This document shows, piece by piece, positions 11,800 through 25,078 of a DNA stretch of 64,000 nt. The position numbers and the translations under genes were made by a program. Within the stretch, counting starts at the first letter, position 1, and each line of letters opens with the position of its first letter. The DNA comes from Carcharhinus amblyrhynchos. Its lineage: Eukaryota. The stretch covers positions 58,094,001 to 58,158,000 of the forward strand of contig OZ336874.1 in the NCBI GenBank assembly GCA_965287045.1, written 5' to 3'. The notes beneath the pieces are model-generated. The model was not told the origin of the DNA and searched no databases. It saw only the letters and a program-made list of their open reading frames with translations.

Positions 11800-13260
11800 A
11801 TCTGTCCCCAGGTTTCCATATGCTTCACTAGAGAGATTCTTGAATGAAGTATAGGCCTAATTTGACATAATCTACTCCCACTCGGGGCACTCCAAGCAGC
11901 AAGGTCATGAGTGCCAACGCGCTGCAGGAGAGGACGACCATCCAGTGCCACGAGAGGATGAATGATCTCATCTGTTTTGCCAGGGCAAGTCATTCTTCTC
12001 ATCACTCTGGACTCACACCTCACAGAGCCATCACACATCCACAGTGATCCCACTCCCTGCCAACTAAGGGACACCACCACTCACTCTCTCATACATATTT
12101 TCTCCCCTGTGGGTTTTGTCCTCATCACCTCGCTGGTCCAACTCACCATTCACACATGCTAGGCATCCTTATCATCTGTCATGGCAACCATCCTGATAAC
12201 ACACTTGCTATCTGTTTTCATGCAGGAAAAGTTGGCTCACAATAAGAGGGAGAGAAATAACAGACTGGCGAAGGGATGTCAGAGCTGAAGATATCCAGCT
12301 GGCTGAGGAGGACATTGACTGCTCCTGTGCTGATGATGAAGTCGGTGTGATAAGCCAAGTGAAGATCTAGCACTGCAACAGCCATCAAACAACAATGCTC
12401 TGAGTCCTCTCTCCTGTTTTTAAAGGTCCCTGTCCTGCACTAATGACTTCTCCTTTCCGTTACAGGCACATCTGGGAAGCAGCCCAGGGAGTCCTCCAGC
12501 CACAGAGGTGGGGGGGTTCCCACACTCGGAGCATTGCTGGAGGCCAGGAATGTGCTGAATCCCAGCCAGGTGACGAGCCTCTGGATTTAGTCATGACTCA
12601 ATTGCTGGAGCTCCAGGGACAATCTCAGGAAATCAGGAAGAGATGTCTGGTACACTGCTTGGATTGAAAGGCTGCATGCAGGAGTCCATCTACCTTCTGT
12701 TTAAGGTGATAGCGCCAAGACCCCAGTGCAACAAGATCAACACAGCTAGGTGGCAGTTGCCGTAGAGACCTTGGTGCAAGACTTCTGTCCTGCATTGCAG
12801 CAGGACATGTGCTCCATGATGTAGGATGTGCGCTCCATGGTGCAGGACATGCGCTCCATGATGTAGGATGTGCGCTCCATGGTGCAGGACGTGCGCTCCA
12901 TGGTGCAGGTACTTGCTGGGATCCAGCAGTGTCAACGCCAGAATATGGTAGAGCTTTTCGAACTCACTCCAACTGTCTCTTTATCCCCAGGAGAAAGCCA
13001 GGGGCTCCCAGGCACTCATATAGGCAGAAACATCAGCTGGTGCACACCCCAGGGCCACACACCCAGGTGACTCTGGGAGTGTCTCGCCCTGTGACCGCTC
13101 CAGCTCCACAGATTGAGGAGGATGGCACTGCTGCTCAGCAGGACCTCAAAAAGTAGGCCGGGGCATTCCAAAGGATACCTGCCAGGGACATCACAAACAA
13201 GAGGGAATGATAGACAGCAGACTGCCTCCACCTCCGCTGTGGATGTTGGGGATGCACCAA
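11800..13260 (+). pseudogene. Harbinger Myb/SANT-like DNA-binding protein relic (intron-containing)
   Basis: PRFPYASLERFL.EV-like start at ~11808, EKLAHNKR...QTG.G after the acceptor TTTCATGCAG (~12225), a second acceptor CCGTTACAG (~12464); stops and frameshifts present. Confidence 0.6.
12800..12909 (+). repeat. 21-bp tandem repeat x5 (GCAGGACRTGYGCTCCATGRT)
   Basis: Units start at 12800, 12821, 12842, 12863 and 12884; translates as the heptad QDVRSMV. Confidence 0.95.
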
Positions 13261-14059
13261 GACATAACAGTATGGTTAGAAATGTTAAGAAGCCCCAGTT
13301 GAACAGTGTGGGCATGGATATTAAGCACTTGTACATAACGTTCATCTTAGTAAATAAACTCTCATTAATTGCACCCTTTCTGTAGCTCCTTATATTGATC
13401 AGCTTTGTTCCTGGAGTCCCAGCCTGAAAACTGTGTTCCTGCACCAGGAAAAGGCAGGTGCTCAGTCCAGGGCTTCCTCCATGTGTTTTGTTTCCAGCAC
13501 ATTGGTGGTGTCCCTTCACAGTGACTGAATGTATCAGTCATGTCTGTTTCTCATCAGGAATGAGGATGTCTCCCACAATGTTAAGGGTGAGTGTCACTCA
13601 TTCCAGTCATTGTTAATTTGTGCTCTCTGCACCTTTGAGCTGTGGATGGCCCCCTCTCCTATATGCCTCAGCCTCCTGTGATACTGACCTCAAGGGTACA
13701 GATCACAAAGAAGGACATAAGATCAGCAAAGGTAAAACTTTCCCCACTGTGTTGCCATGATATGACCCTAGTCATTGGGAGTAAGCGAGCTGCCAACAGC
13801 CAGACAGGAGGCAAACACTCACAGAAACTCTGTGAGAATTTATGCCTCTGTTCCTTTTGTAAGTCATCATCATCCTTCTGTAACGTAGGGACTATGGACA
13901 ACTGCTGTGTCCCTATTACAGGAGCCTTATCATAAAGTGTTGCTGCCATCAGTCTGACAGGAGAGCAATGCTCACAGAGACCATTGGAGATAATGGGATT
14001 CCTCATCACCCATGAATCTAGTGACATCTAGCACATCCCCAGTTCATTTGCCTTGTCTG

Positions 14060-14990
14060 GACATTACCATTGCCTTATTGCCAACATCCGCCCCCTTGAG
14101 GGTCTCTTCAAGCTTATCCCCTTCGACATCCTCTTCGCTGGTCCTCCAGGCATGTCCATTATCTATAACTGAACGGTCTCCACTGCAATGGATGCAGCTC
14201 CTCCATCTTTTCCTCAGGCACTTCCTCCCACCATTGCAGCTCCAGGTTGTGCAGGGTACAGCGAGCAAACACAGTGCATATCACCCTTTGTGGACTGTGA
14301 AACGTGTCAGGGGTCTGAGAGTGGCCCTGAATGTAAGGGCTGTGCACAATCCCTAGGATTCAAGCACACATCTACAGGATGTGTTTGGTGATCACATACT
14401 AGCTGAACATTCAATGAATGGAAGTCCTTGTGGTTCATATAGTTTACTGCTTGATGCCCTGGAGATTTGAGTGCCACACGAGTGCAGTCGATGGCATCCT
14501 GCACCTATGGAAAAGCAGAGATTTATGCAAAGCCCATTGTTCTTACATCCTGGCTTGGAAACTTGTGTGTGGAGGCTTATGAAATTCCACAAAGGTCACC
14601 TGTGGAGCCCTGGAAGCAGCCACTGGCATAAAAATTGAGCACTTCTATAACTTTAAATGACAGTGGATGCCTTCCAAGTTCCCATGGCACCAAATCTTGC
14701 AGAGGGCATCAGATGTGACCAACCAATTCCCTGAACTCGTGCAATCTTCGACGACACTGATTCTTGGACATCAACAGTTGTGTTAGGCACCATCTGCAGA
14801 CCCTGGGTATAGTGAGGTATCACCAAGCGACGGCTCACTGGGATTCATTCTCTACGTATGGAGCAGGCCCTACCACCCCTTCCTCTTATGGTTCTGCTCC
14901 TGCCTTTGTTGAGCTAGGCGCCACCATTAACTTCCACATCTCTGCTGCCTATGAGTAAGAAGAATGACAACGAGAATGACAGGCTCCATA
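14060..14990 (-). pseudogene. HARBI1-like Harbinger DDE transposase relic
   Basis: Minus-strand motifs ASGCFQGSTGDLCGIS, VQDAIDCTRVALKSP...YMNHKDFHSLNVQLVCDH and CTLHNL plus an acidic tail; in-frame stops and deletions. Confidence 0.85.
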
Positions 14991-15820
14991 TTTTGTAAAT
15001 TCTCCTCACTGCAGTATTGAAAAGAGAGATTTGATGGTTAACATTTGTCTTCTGAGGATCACTCTGTGCTCATCTGAAGTCACCTCTCAAAGCCCACTGG
15101 CTCAGGTCCTGACCACCACGAAGATGTCCAGTCCATACTTCAAATGTTACTTCAGCAAGACCCAACACCATCTTTGCCCTACATCACATGACCATGTGGA
15201 CACAACTTAGCCACTCGACTGCAAACTGAGCTCACATCTCTGGAGTAGGCACTGTCCCAAGCTACACTTCAAGGCTTTGCACTAGACCTGGTCAGGGAAG
15301 CACTTGTCAATATGCACTTTGGCACACAGCCATGGATTAGGGGCACTCTTCCAGGCAGTGTACCATTGACTATTCTCTCTAAGGAAATGTATTGCTTGCC
15401 CAACCAGCCAGTGACGCAGGCACACCATAGCATTCACCGTTTTGGAAGTCAGTGGTGTACCAAGGGTTAAATGCTGAACAGCAATCAGTGGCATTCATAT
15501 ATATAAGTGGTGATTGAGTGGGCAAAATTATGTGACGAGTTTCACACCAGGCATGTCCATTATCTATAGCTGAAGGGTCTCTGCTGCAACGGGGTAATGG
15601 TCACTGACATGTCTTTCCATTAGCCTTGCCCTTGTCAACATTCTGCCTCCATCATTCCAGTCAATCCCCCTTCCTGTGTCAACCCGATACCCACGAGTCT
15701 TCCTTTCGGTAATAAGCCCCTGGTACCCTAGAGTCAATGCTGCCCCCCCCACCCACCCCCCATGTTACTCCAGGACTCTTTCAGAGTTACTCCAGTCTTC
15801 CTCCAATGTTACCCTGGTCT

Positions 15821-17027
15821 CATAGAACATAGGACATAGAACACTACAGCACAAACAGGCCCTTCGGCCCACGAGTTGCGCCAATCACATCAATACCTAC
15901 CAATCTATAGACCTATCTATAACCCCCAATCCCATTAAATCCCATATACTCATCCAGAAGTCTTTTAAAAGACCCCAGCGAGTTCGCCTCCACCACCACT
16001 GACGGCAGCCGATTCCATTCACTCACCACCCTCTGAGTGAAAAACTTACCCCTAACATCACTTCTGTACTTGCCTCCCCGCACCTTAAATCTGTGTCCTC
16101 TCGTAGTGACCATTTCAACCCGGGGAAATAGCCTCTGAGAATCCACCCTATCTATTCCTCTCAACATTTTATAAACTTCTATCAGGTCGCCTCTCAACCT
16201 TCGTCTCTCCAGGGAAAAGAGTCCCAGCTCCCTCAACCTAACTTCATAAGGCATGCCTCCCAGTCCAGGCAACATCCTTGTAAATCTCCTCTGTACCCTT
16301 TCAATAGCTTCTACGTCCTTCCTATAGTGAGGCGACCAGAACTGCGCACAGTACTCCAAATGAGGCCTGACAAGGGTCTTATAAAGTTGCAGCATTACCT
16401 CCCGATTCCTAAACTCAATCCCTCGATTAATGAAGGCCAGTACACCATACGCCTTCTTGACCACATCCTCCAACTGCGAGGCCGATTTAAGAGTCCTGTG
16501 GACCCGGACCCCAAGATCCTTCTGCTCTTCAACACTACTAAGACTCCTGCCCTTGATAGTGTACTCGTTCATCCCATTGGTTCTGCCAAAATGGACGACT
16601 ACACATTTATCCGCGTTGAAGTCCATCTGCCACTTCTCCGCCCAGTCCTGCATCCTATTTATGTCCTGCTGCAACTTTTGACATCCTTCCAGACCATCCA
16701 CAACACCACTGACCTTCGTGTCATCAGCGAACTTACTTACCCATCCCTCCACTTCCTCATCTAGGTCATTGATGAAAATTACAAACAGCAAGGGTCCTAG
16801 AACAGATCCCTGGGGCACTCCACTGGTGACTGACCTCCATGCAGAAAAAGACCCATCCACAACCACTCTCTGCCTTCTGCAGGCAAGCCAGTTCTGGATC
16901 CACAAGGCCAAAGGCCCTTGGATCCCATGCCCTCTCACCTTGTCAAGAAGTCTTGCATGGGGGACCTTATCAAACGCCTTGCTGAAGTCCATGTACACCA
17001 CGTCCACTGCACTTCCTTCGTCAATGT
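15821..17027 (-). mobile_element. Young 5'-truncated CR1 LINE (HER1-like); uninterrupted 364-aa ORF2 C-terminus (RT)
   Basis: ORF 15913-17007(-): DFSKAFDKVPH, SGVPQGSVLGPLLF, FADD, LVRPHLEYC.QFWSP, FFTQRVV..WN.LP; 3' UTR GGGCCGAAGGGCCTGT and a (TTCTATG)n-type tail. Confidence 0.97.
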
Positions 17028-20000
17028 GTTCATTCCTTCAAGTGAGACCCTGGTTTCCCAGAATAAAGCCCAGTCAGCCCAACTGAAGTCAGAATAAATA
17101 CCCCCGAGCTGAGCCAGTACCCCTGAGTCAAAGGCTAATCATCTCAAGTTGGAGCCGATGGCTGCAAGTCAACCCTCTTAATAGGTGGAGCCACTCTGTG
17201 AACGCTACATTCCCCTCGGAATGATGCTCACTCAGTGCATGCCTTTTGAAGCCAGCTGTGATTTGAGCCATTCTGACATCATTCTGACTTGGCTGGATTT
17301 TTTGACAGGGATGGGCAGGGGCTAGGGGTGGTTGGTTCTCCAGTATGGGCCCAATAATGAAATGCAAATATATTAGAATGAAATGGGTAAAGTGGACCTT
17401 CACTAACGGGGAGCGGGGTGGAGGGGGGGGGGGGGGGGGAGGTCAGGGGGAATCACAGCAGGCTCTCACACTGACGGAAAAGGCAACTTTGGCCTTCTCA
17501 TAATATTTCCCATTCCCATCTCCGAACCTGCCCAACGCCAACAGGAGTGGAAAACCCCAGCTACAACTTAACATTTTTACTACTAACCAATGGTTTTTTT
17601 AAAAAATAAATTCTGACCATTTTCAATAACCTGAAAAATATATCCTGGTAAAATCAGCTAGGCATCTTGTTGCTGCTCACCATTCAGTGACTCCTGGTAG
17701 AAAGAGTATAAGTGTACTTGAGTGTGATGCTTCATGTGAAGCCCACTATCCCACTGTCTAAGATTGGACTAGAGGTCTGCCACGGTTTGTGAAATTATAT
17801 CCTGCCATGTTTCAGCATTCTCTAGACTAGGGAAGAAAAAACAGGAGAAAAGCAAACAAAACCTTTTTTGAAAGGTTATTTATATTAACACCCAATGGAT
17901 TTTGTATTTGACAGAAGCAATTATTGAACAATGCAGACTGAGAAAAAGTATGTTTAGTTCAGAGACCAGTGCTTTTAAAGCAATTTTCTTTGTGCTTTTT
18001 TAATTACTTCTAATAATTCAACTCTGAATTTTTTAATATAATGCATGTGTAAAGCAACTCGATGGAAAATATATATTTTGTTAGATGGAAATGCTGCACT
18101 TAAAAGGTTACTTACCAGTGCACTAATATGCTTTTCCCATGCTTAACATTCTTGGTTTACTGACATTGCTCATCTGATTGTTGTTTCATATTTTCTGTTC
18201 TAATCTTCCGTGATCCTGGTACTGCTCTCTCCTCTGAGGTTCTTTTTACTGATTAAATGAATCTGCTCAAAGCCCCGGTTCCCAGGCTCTTTGATCTAAT
18301 CTGATCTGATTTGATCTGATCGGTTCAGCGGGACATCGGGGAATTAACAATAAGCAGCTTTAGCACAAGTGTTTAATAACTCAACACAATCTCCTTAGTG
18401 CAGAGCTGCTCATGTTCTCATACAGTCAACAGTTTGTGGTGTAACAGATTGGACATCCTTCTGAACCCAAGGAATTTTCTGTGCTGTGAAACTAATCACT
18501 TCAAGTTCCTTCATAAATCACACTGAGCGGATTTTATCATCTAACAAATGAAAGAAAGAAAAAAAACTTTCATCCACTGAGATAAAAAGGTCCTAGAATA
18601 TTATAATCTAAATTCTATCATCTTATTTATGAATTCTCTCATCTACTTAACTTCCTACAAGCATGAAATAAATTAAGCAGATTCAACCTCAATGAACCCA
18701 CCAGACCTACACTGACCCTATTTGGAAATCCAATGAAAACAACATGGTTTGGATAAAGCAGCTGCTGTTGGCTTCCATTCAGCACAATGTAAAGGAAATG
18801 ATGGTGAACGGAAGTACTGCAGAACATAAAAGCAACTTGTATATAGGGTTAATCAACATTTTTTTGTTCACGTCAACACTTGCAGTGGCCGTTTAGCTCT
18901 GTCCTTTCAGAAAAGGATCACTTGCAGTAAGACTTGCATTGCCTAACAGAAACAGGTGGTTTTGAACAGTTTCTGTCAATCTTTTATTTGTTTATGAACA
19001 GGCAAAATACTGATATAAATCCAGGGTCATCTTGCTCATTTGCTTTACTGTGCTGAACATGGATTGCCACTCTTCTAGTTCTCTCCCCACTGCAAATCCT
19101 GGATTCAAAATAAAGTCATGAATGGTTAAAGCGTAGAAGAAGATCATCCTGCTGAGGAAATGTTGCCTCTCTTGCAAGAGCCATTTAGCTAGCACCACAC
19201 CTCTGCCCTTTACTTGGAGCCCTGCAATGTCTATCTCTTATGTACTTCTCCAATTCCCTTTTGAAAGACATGACTAAATCTGCCTCCATCACACTCTTAA
19301 GCAGTGCATTTCAGATCCTAAATAAAAGTTTATAGACATCTTCTTTCACAAATCCCTGTCCGATATGGTGTTTGCATTATCACTTTATTGTATGTGTTAT
19401 TCTATACTTAAGTTTCATTAAATTGATTAAACAATTTTTCCAAGACTTTTATAAATTTAGCCAGTTACTAACTGAAATAGTGATTACTATGGCACTTCTA
19501 TTCTTATTGATATTTTCTTTATTTTGTGCTGGGGAAAAAGATTAAATTTTTATAAAATTAGGATGAATTATATAACTTGGAGAGTTATTTTATTTTTACA
19601 TAAGAATTTTTGTTGGCAAGAGAAACAGTGATGATTTATCCTACTCATTATTCTTTCAAATAGATATATAATGAGCCCTCTGGCTCTGAAATACCCAATC
19701 CCGGTGATACTAAAATCAGTCACTTTCACTTAAGCCTGAATACATTTACAGTACAATAAAAAAGATCTTTTATACGATTAGTCAATCCCCAGAGCTTTGC
19801 ATGTGAGTAATCTGGCGTGTGGAAGGCTATGTTCCATATGCATTACCTGTATTAAGCCACTTTATTTTTCATCAAGCTCTTTCAGTTGTCTCTTGTGAGA
19901 ATTTGCTTGTCTGTTGTGTGATATGGCAACTAATGACCACGCTGCAAAGTGTTCACTGATGATGCTGGTCCTTATTGCGTTGATTTGTTTTGATTTAGGA

Positions 20001-21003
20001 AAGACTTCAACATTGCTTTGACCTAGACTTCCATTTTGGAGTTACTTGGTATGAATGCCTCCAACAAGCGATCTGGGTCGGTCCTGAATCTATATATTGT
20101 GTGTTTTCCTCTGTATCTGTGTTACCTTTCATAACAGTGTTAATCTGCCCCTGTATCTCTGTTCTCTTTATTTTCTCTGTGATTTTTTTTGCCATAAATA
20201 ATCCCGGAAGAGAATTTCACTCACTGGAAATGCATATCAGAAACTTGGGGGTGCACCTGATTAATGGATCAATAATTTTCCGTTTGTTGAAATGAACCAA
20301 TTTTTTTTATGCTTTGTTCTTTTTGCTGTGTCTGCTATTGTCATCTTTTCTCTGTAACTTTCAGAGTGCCCTTAGGATTTGCTCTGTTATTCCACATGTC
20401 TTTTTCTTTATGCTTTTTCCTGCAATGATCTGAAACAAAAAAAGCCAAAGACATTACCTCAATTGTTGCACAATGGGGAGACATTAAACAGCGAGTGAGA
20501 GAATATGGGAGACTGTAAACAGGAGATCCATGGTCAGCTCTGTAAATGGTGTCACCCGAACGGCTTTGATTTGCTAACCACCTGTTTTTAGCATAAGGCC
20601 TAAGTTGACCTGAGTGTTATCACACAAGGAATGTGTGGAGATACTATTGTCAGTCGGTGACTCAGAGTGCATCTGCATTGAAAAGCTTTGTTTCTGCATG
20701 ACAGAGGGGACTTTGGAGCATCAGGAATTGGAATGGACATGGTACATTTTTGATTTGTTTTATGAATCATCTTTGAATTATTATGAACTGATGATTACTT
20801 GATGTGTTTTATTTTTGATTTTTCGAATGAGCTGAAGGAACATTTTCCACAAAGGCTGCATTCTTGGAGATTATTTTATGTGATAATATGAATAGATGGG
20901 AAAAGGTTTATGTGCAACATTGCAAATGTAGAAAATAATTAGGAATAAGACAATTGCAGTGCCTTGCCCAATGAGAAATAACAACATGACTTATCTAAGT
21001 TGA

Positions 21004-21320
21004 GAGTCTGGATTTTCCTGTCCCAACACAGATTGAAATGCGTCAGATGGACTTTAAAAATGGTAGGTGGGACGCAAATCCGGGATTTCTGTCTCAATGC
21101 CAGAAACATAAAGTGTCACTGGCACAGGGTGAGGGGACAAGTCAGGAACCTGCATGCTGATGCCCCCATGTTTCTGGGACCAGTGTCGGACATTCTGCAA
21201 TTCTGAGAGTGTCAGGCCAATTTTGGGAAAACATACATGAATTACACCAGTACAAAGGTACCATGAATGATGGAGGATCCATGTTTTGGAGGCTGGGAAC
21301 CTTATGCAAGGTAAGTATAA
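21004..21320. mobile_element. Probable Harbinger-type non-autonomous element end
   Basis: Starts with the TIR-like GTCTGGATTTTCC seen at other Harbinger-type ends here; decayed. Confidence 0.35.
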
Positions 21321-22036
21321 AAAATCTTGGCTACTTCACATATCATAATGAAATGCATAAATTATGTGTGTTTTAATAAAGTGAATGATTTTAGTGTATT
21401 GAAAAGGTAAGTACCCATTAAATAATGTGATTGCCTGGTTATCACTTCTGACAACTGACAAGTATTGTGAAAGTGGAGAAGTTTTCAGATGCATTAGAGT
21501 ATGTTATACTTTGGATTGAGTGCTATTGTAAAATAGTAAAATCAAGATCTGAACTTGTGAAATGTCTCCATTGCTTTAATTTTTCCATGTAGTTCAGCCA
21601 TCTGTTTGTCTGTTTAAAAGCTTGGAGTGATGGGCAAGCTTTAACTCAATCTTTGACGTTCAACTCAACTGTCTTTTTGGCTATGACAAAACTTTAACAG
21701 ATGGCTGAGTTTCTGTCTGTGTTAAATAGCTTTAATAGATCCATTCCAGGAGGGTTTATATACATGGTTGTTCCATGGAATTTCTCTATGAATGCTTGGT
21801 TGACTTCCAATTTGTTGATGGATTCCATGCAGCAGCTCTCTTGGCACAGCTGTCAAAGGAGAGGTGAGCTTATTAATTTTGAAAATGGTTGAGCTTTTCA
21901 AAGAGGATAAACGTTTTTAAATGGGTATCAAATAATGTCTGTTTATTTTGACAAGATTATGAGATTTTCAGGTGGGTAATATTTTTAAGTGGCTGATCAA
22001 ATAAGGTCTGTTTATTGAGCTTTCCAAATCAGATGT

Positions 22037-22850
22037 TGGGCAGAACTTTCTACACCCTCTTCCGCACCCCCCCCCCCCCCCCCCCCACCGCAACCCCAGC
22101 CCCACCCCACCCATCCCTCCGGCATGTCTTGCAACAGTGGAAGTGGTTGGCGGCTGAATCTTCAAATCCCATTAGGTCTCCTGCTGTTTGCACCACCCAC
22201 AGGTAGGGAGCCTGTGGTAGAGGTTCACCGTCAACTAGATAGGAAGATCCCATCATTGGGAACAGTTGAAATGTTTTGGTCAATGAATAGGAAGTGCCTA
22301 ATCAAGTAATGTTTATTTATTTTGAAAGGTCTATAGGCTTTTTGAAGACTTTCAAATATTATTATAGGGCTTATGAGATCAGTTTCTAATGGATACTGGA
22401 TGAATGGGTTGGTGGGGTATAGGATGTTACGGGGTGAAATGGGGTAGAGGTGATAATGGGAAGTGAGAGGGTACGTTGGGGGGACCATGCAGTAGTTTGG
22501 CAGCAAACACAAAAGCTCCAAACTTACACAGGTTACAAATCTGACATTGGCAACAATATCATATATGTCAGTGCCCTTAAAGGTTAATCCTGCCAGAGTC
22601 AAATGTGTACCTAATTTGCATGAATGCCTACACCACTAGGAATATGTTTTGTATACCCTATAAACCACCAGTCTGTACTCTACTGCTCTTCGGGAGGCTA
22701 ATATGTTTCATCTCACATGGCATATCGACCTACAAATTTATTCACCATCTCTCAGTATCGGGAGTCCAGGGGCTTTCCCTGCCCACTCCATTTCATATTT
22801 GAGGAAGTTTGAGGATCCACCACACCAACAAGGTCAAATGAAGCCCCCAT
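22037..22850. mobile_element. Probable Harbinger-type non-autonomous relic with poly-C tract
   Basis: Starts GGGCAGAACTTTC and is locally GC-rich with C/G runs like the other MITEs in the window. Confidence 0.35.
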
Positions 22851-23029
22851 TCAAGAGCAGCACCCATGCAGAGTTATGACAAGAAGTATGTCAAAATTGC
22901 TTCAAAATTTTTTCTAATGTGGATTTATTCCATAACCTTGAATTTTCATTGCTGGCAAGTTACTTTTTTTTTACAATCAATTTGTCTTGTAAACAAAGTC
23001 AATATGGTACTGACCAAGGAGTAAGAACA

Positions 23030-23162
23030 GTAAAGAACAAAGAAAATTACAACACAGGAACAAGCCCTTCAGCCCTCCAAGCCTGCACTGACCGTCTAAA
23101 CTAATAAACCCCTACCCTTTCAGGGAGCATATCCCTCTATTCTCATCCTATTCATGTATTTG
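23030..23162 (-). mobile_element. CR1 3' tail fragment
   Basis: TAAAGAACAAAGAAAATTACAACACAGGAACAAGCCCTTCAGCCC is a reverse-complement CR1 3' end. Confidence 0.7.
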
Positions 23163-23529
23163 ATAGCCTGAGCTGCTGAAGCCAGTGAATCCAATACTGA
23201 CAAAGCTGCTTTCAGGGTAGCGTGATTCCAGCAATGCCCAGCAGAGCAACCTGTGTTCAAACCTGACTGGATCAGTATTAATATCAGGAGTTATGTCAAT
23301 CACATTAAATATTAATTATAAGTAAACATATTTAAGAAATGTTCTGGGAAGCCCTTTGGATTCTGTTCACTTGACTGGTCAGATAATGTACTGGATCTTA
23401 CTGACTGCATTTCTTTAGTGGCATTTTGGTTATACATTGAGTTAGCCCCAATCTGAATTGCGGTGGACATGATGATGCTAGAATTGGCCTCAGTTTCCTC
23501 AGCCTAGGGAGGACAGATTTGGCCTTCTC

Positions 23530-25078
23530 CTGAGGTGCCCAGCATCACAGATGCCATTTTGCAGACAATTTGATTGATTCCATCTGATTTCAAGAAATGG
23601 CTGAAGGCAATGGAGACCTCAAAGGCTATGAGCCCTGACAATATTTCAATAATAGCACTGAAGACTTGTGCTCCAAACTTTCTATGCTCCTAGCCAACAC
23701 TGATAGCTACCCCTCAACATGGAAAATTGCTCAGATATGTCCTGTATACAAAAAACAGGATAAATCCAAGCTGGCCAGTTACCACCACATTAGTCTATTC
23801 TCAATCGACAGTAAAGTGATGGAAGGGGCCATCAACAATGCTAACAAGCAACACTGCTCAGTAACAACTTGCTGACTGACACTAAGATCAGATTCTACCA
23901 GCATCACTCAGCTCATTACAGCCTTGGTTCAAACATTAACAAAAGAGCTGAACTCCAGAGTTGAGGTGAGATGCCAGCCATTAAGGTCAAAATTAACCAA
24001 GCATGGCAACAAGGAGCACTGGAAAAACAAGAGTAAATGGCAATCAGGAGGAAAATTCTCCACTGCTTGGAGTCACACCTGACACAAAGATTACAGTTGA
24101 TTGTGATCAATCATCACAGTTCTAGGAAATTACTGCAGAAATTTCTCAGGGTAGTACCCTATCGCCAGACACCTTATGCTGCTTCATCACCTTCCTTCCA
24201 TCGTAAGGTCATTGATGTAGATGTTTGCACAATGTTCAGCACCATTTGTGATAACTCAGATACAGCATGTTCAAATGCAGCAGGGCCTGGACAATGTCCA
24301 GCCTTGGGCTAATAAGTGGCAAGTAGCATAAGTGCCACACAAGTTCCAGGCAATGATGATCTCCAAAAAGAAAGAATCTAACCAACTTCCTTTGGCATTC
24401 TATGGCATTGACATCACTATCAACATTCTGAGGGTTACCATTGGCCAGAAACTCAACTGAACTAATCATATAAATATTGTGGCTACAAGAGCAGGTCAGA
24501 GGCTAGGAATCCTGAGGTGAGCAATTTACCTCCTGATTCCCCAGAACCTGTGTACCATCTACAAAGCAAAAGTCAGGAGTGTGATGAAACACTCTCCATT
24601 TGCCTGCTGGATTGCAGGTGCAGCAATACTCAAACTGTTTGGCACCATTCAGGACAAAGCAGCTTTGACTGGCACCCCATCTACAAACATTCACTCCCTC
24701 CATCACTGACACATAGTGGCAACAGTGTGTGTCATCTACAAGATGCACTGCAAGGATTCACCAAGCCTTCTCAAACAGCACCTTCCAAACCCACATCCAC
24801 ATATAGAAGGGCAAGGCTGCAGTCAGAAGGAACACCACCACTTGCAAGTTCCCATCAAAGCCACTCACCATCCTGAACTGGAACTGTATTGCCATTTCTT
24901 CATTAACATTGGGTCAAAATCCTGGAATTCCCTCCCTAACAGCATTGTGGGTGTACCTACACCATATGGACTGCAATGTTCAAGAAGACGGCTCACCACT
25001 ACCTTCTCAAAGGCAACTAGAGATGATCAATAAATGCTGGCCTAACCAGCAATGCCCACATCACATAAATGAATAAAA
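23530..25078 (+). mobile_element. LINE family A (CR1/L2 group) ORF2 relic, ~1.5 kb
   Basis: YPSTWKIAQICPVYKKQDKS..ASY..ISLFSIDSKVMEG, LESHLTQR, KSWNSLPNSIVGVPT, then the family tail; many stops. Confidence 0.88.

Larger units (their letters stand above)
11515..17561. mobile_element. Decayed autonomous-type PIF/Harbinger DNA transposon (Myb/SANT gene on +, DDE transposase on -), interrupted by a CR1
   Basis: Carries both Harbinger genes in convergent orientation; TIR-like right end GGAAAACCCCAGC at ~17549-17561. Boundaries are approximate. Confidence 0.7.

Noticed and set aside
14060-14990. Domesticated host HARBI1 gene
   Set aside because: Multiple stops and deletions, and it lies inside a transposon beside a decayed Myb gene.
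16327-17086. Plus-strand ORFs over the CR1
   Set aside because: Antisense shadows of the intact RT frame.
17420-17450. Poly-G tract (also poly-C at 22066-22086) as a regulatory G-quadruplex
   Set aside because: Simple homopolymers within transposon relics; nothing suggests function.
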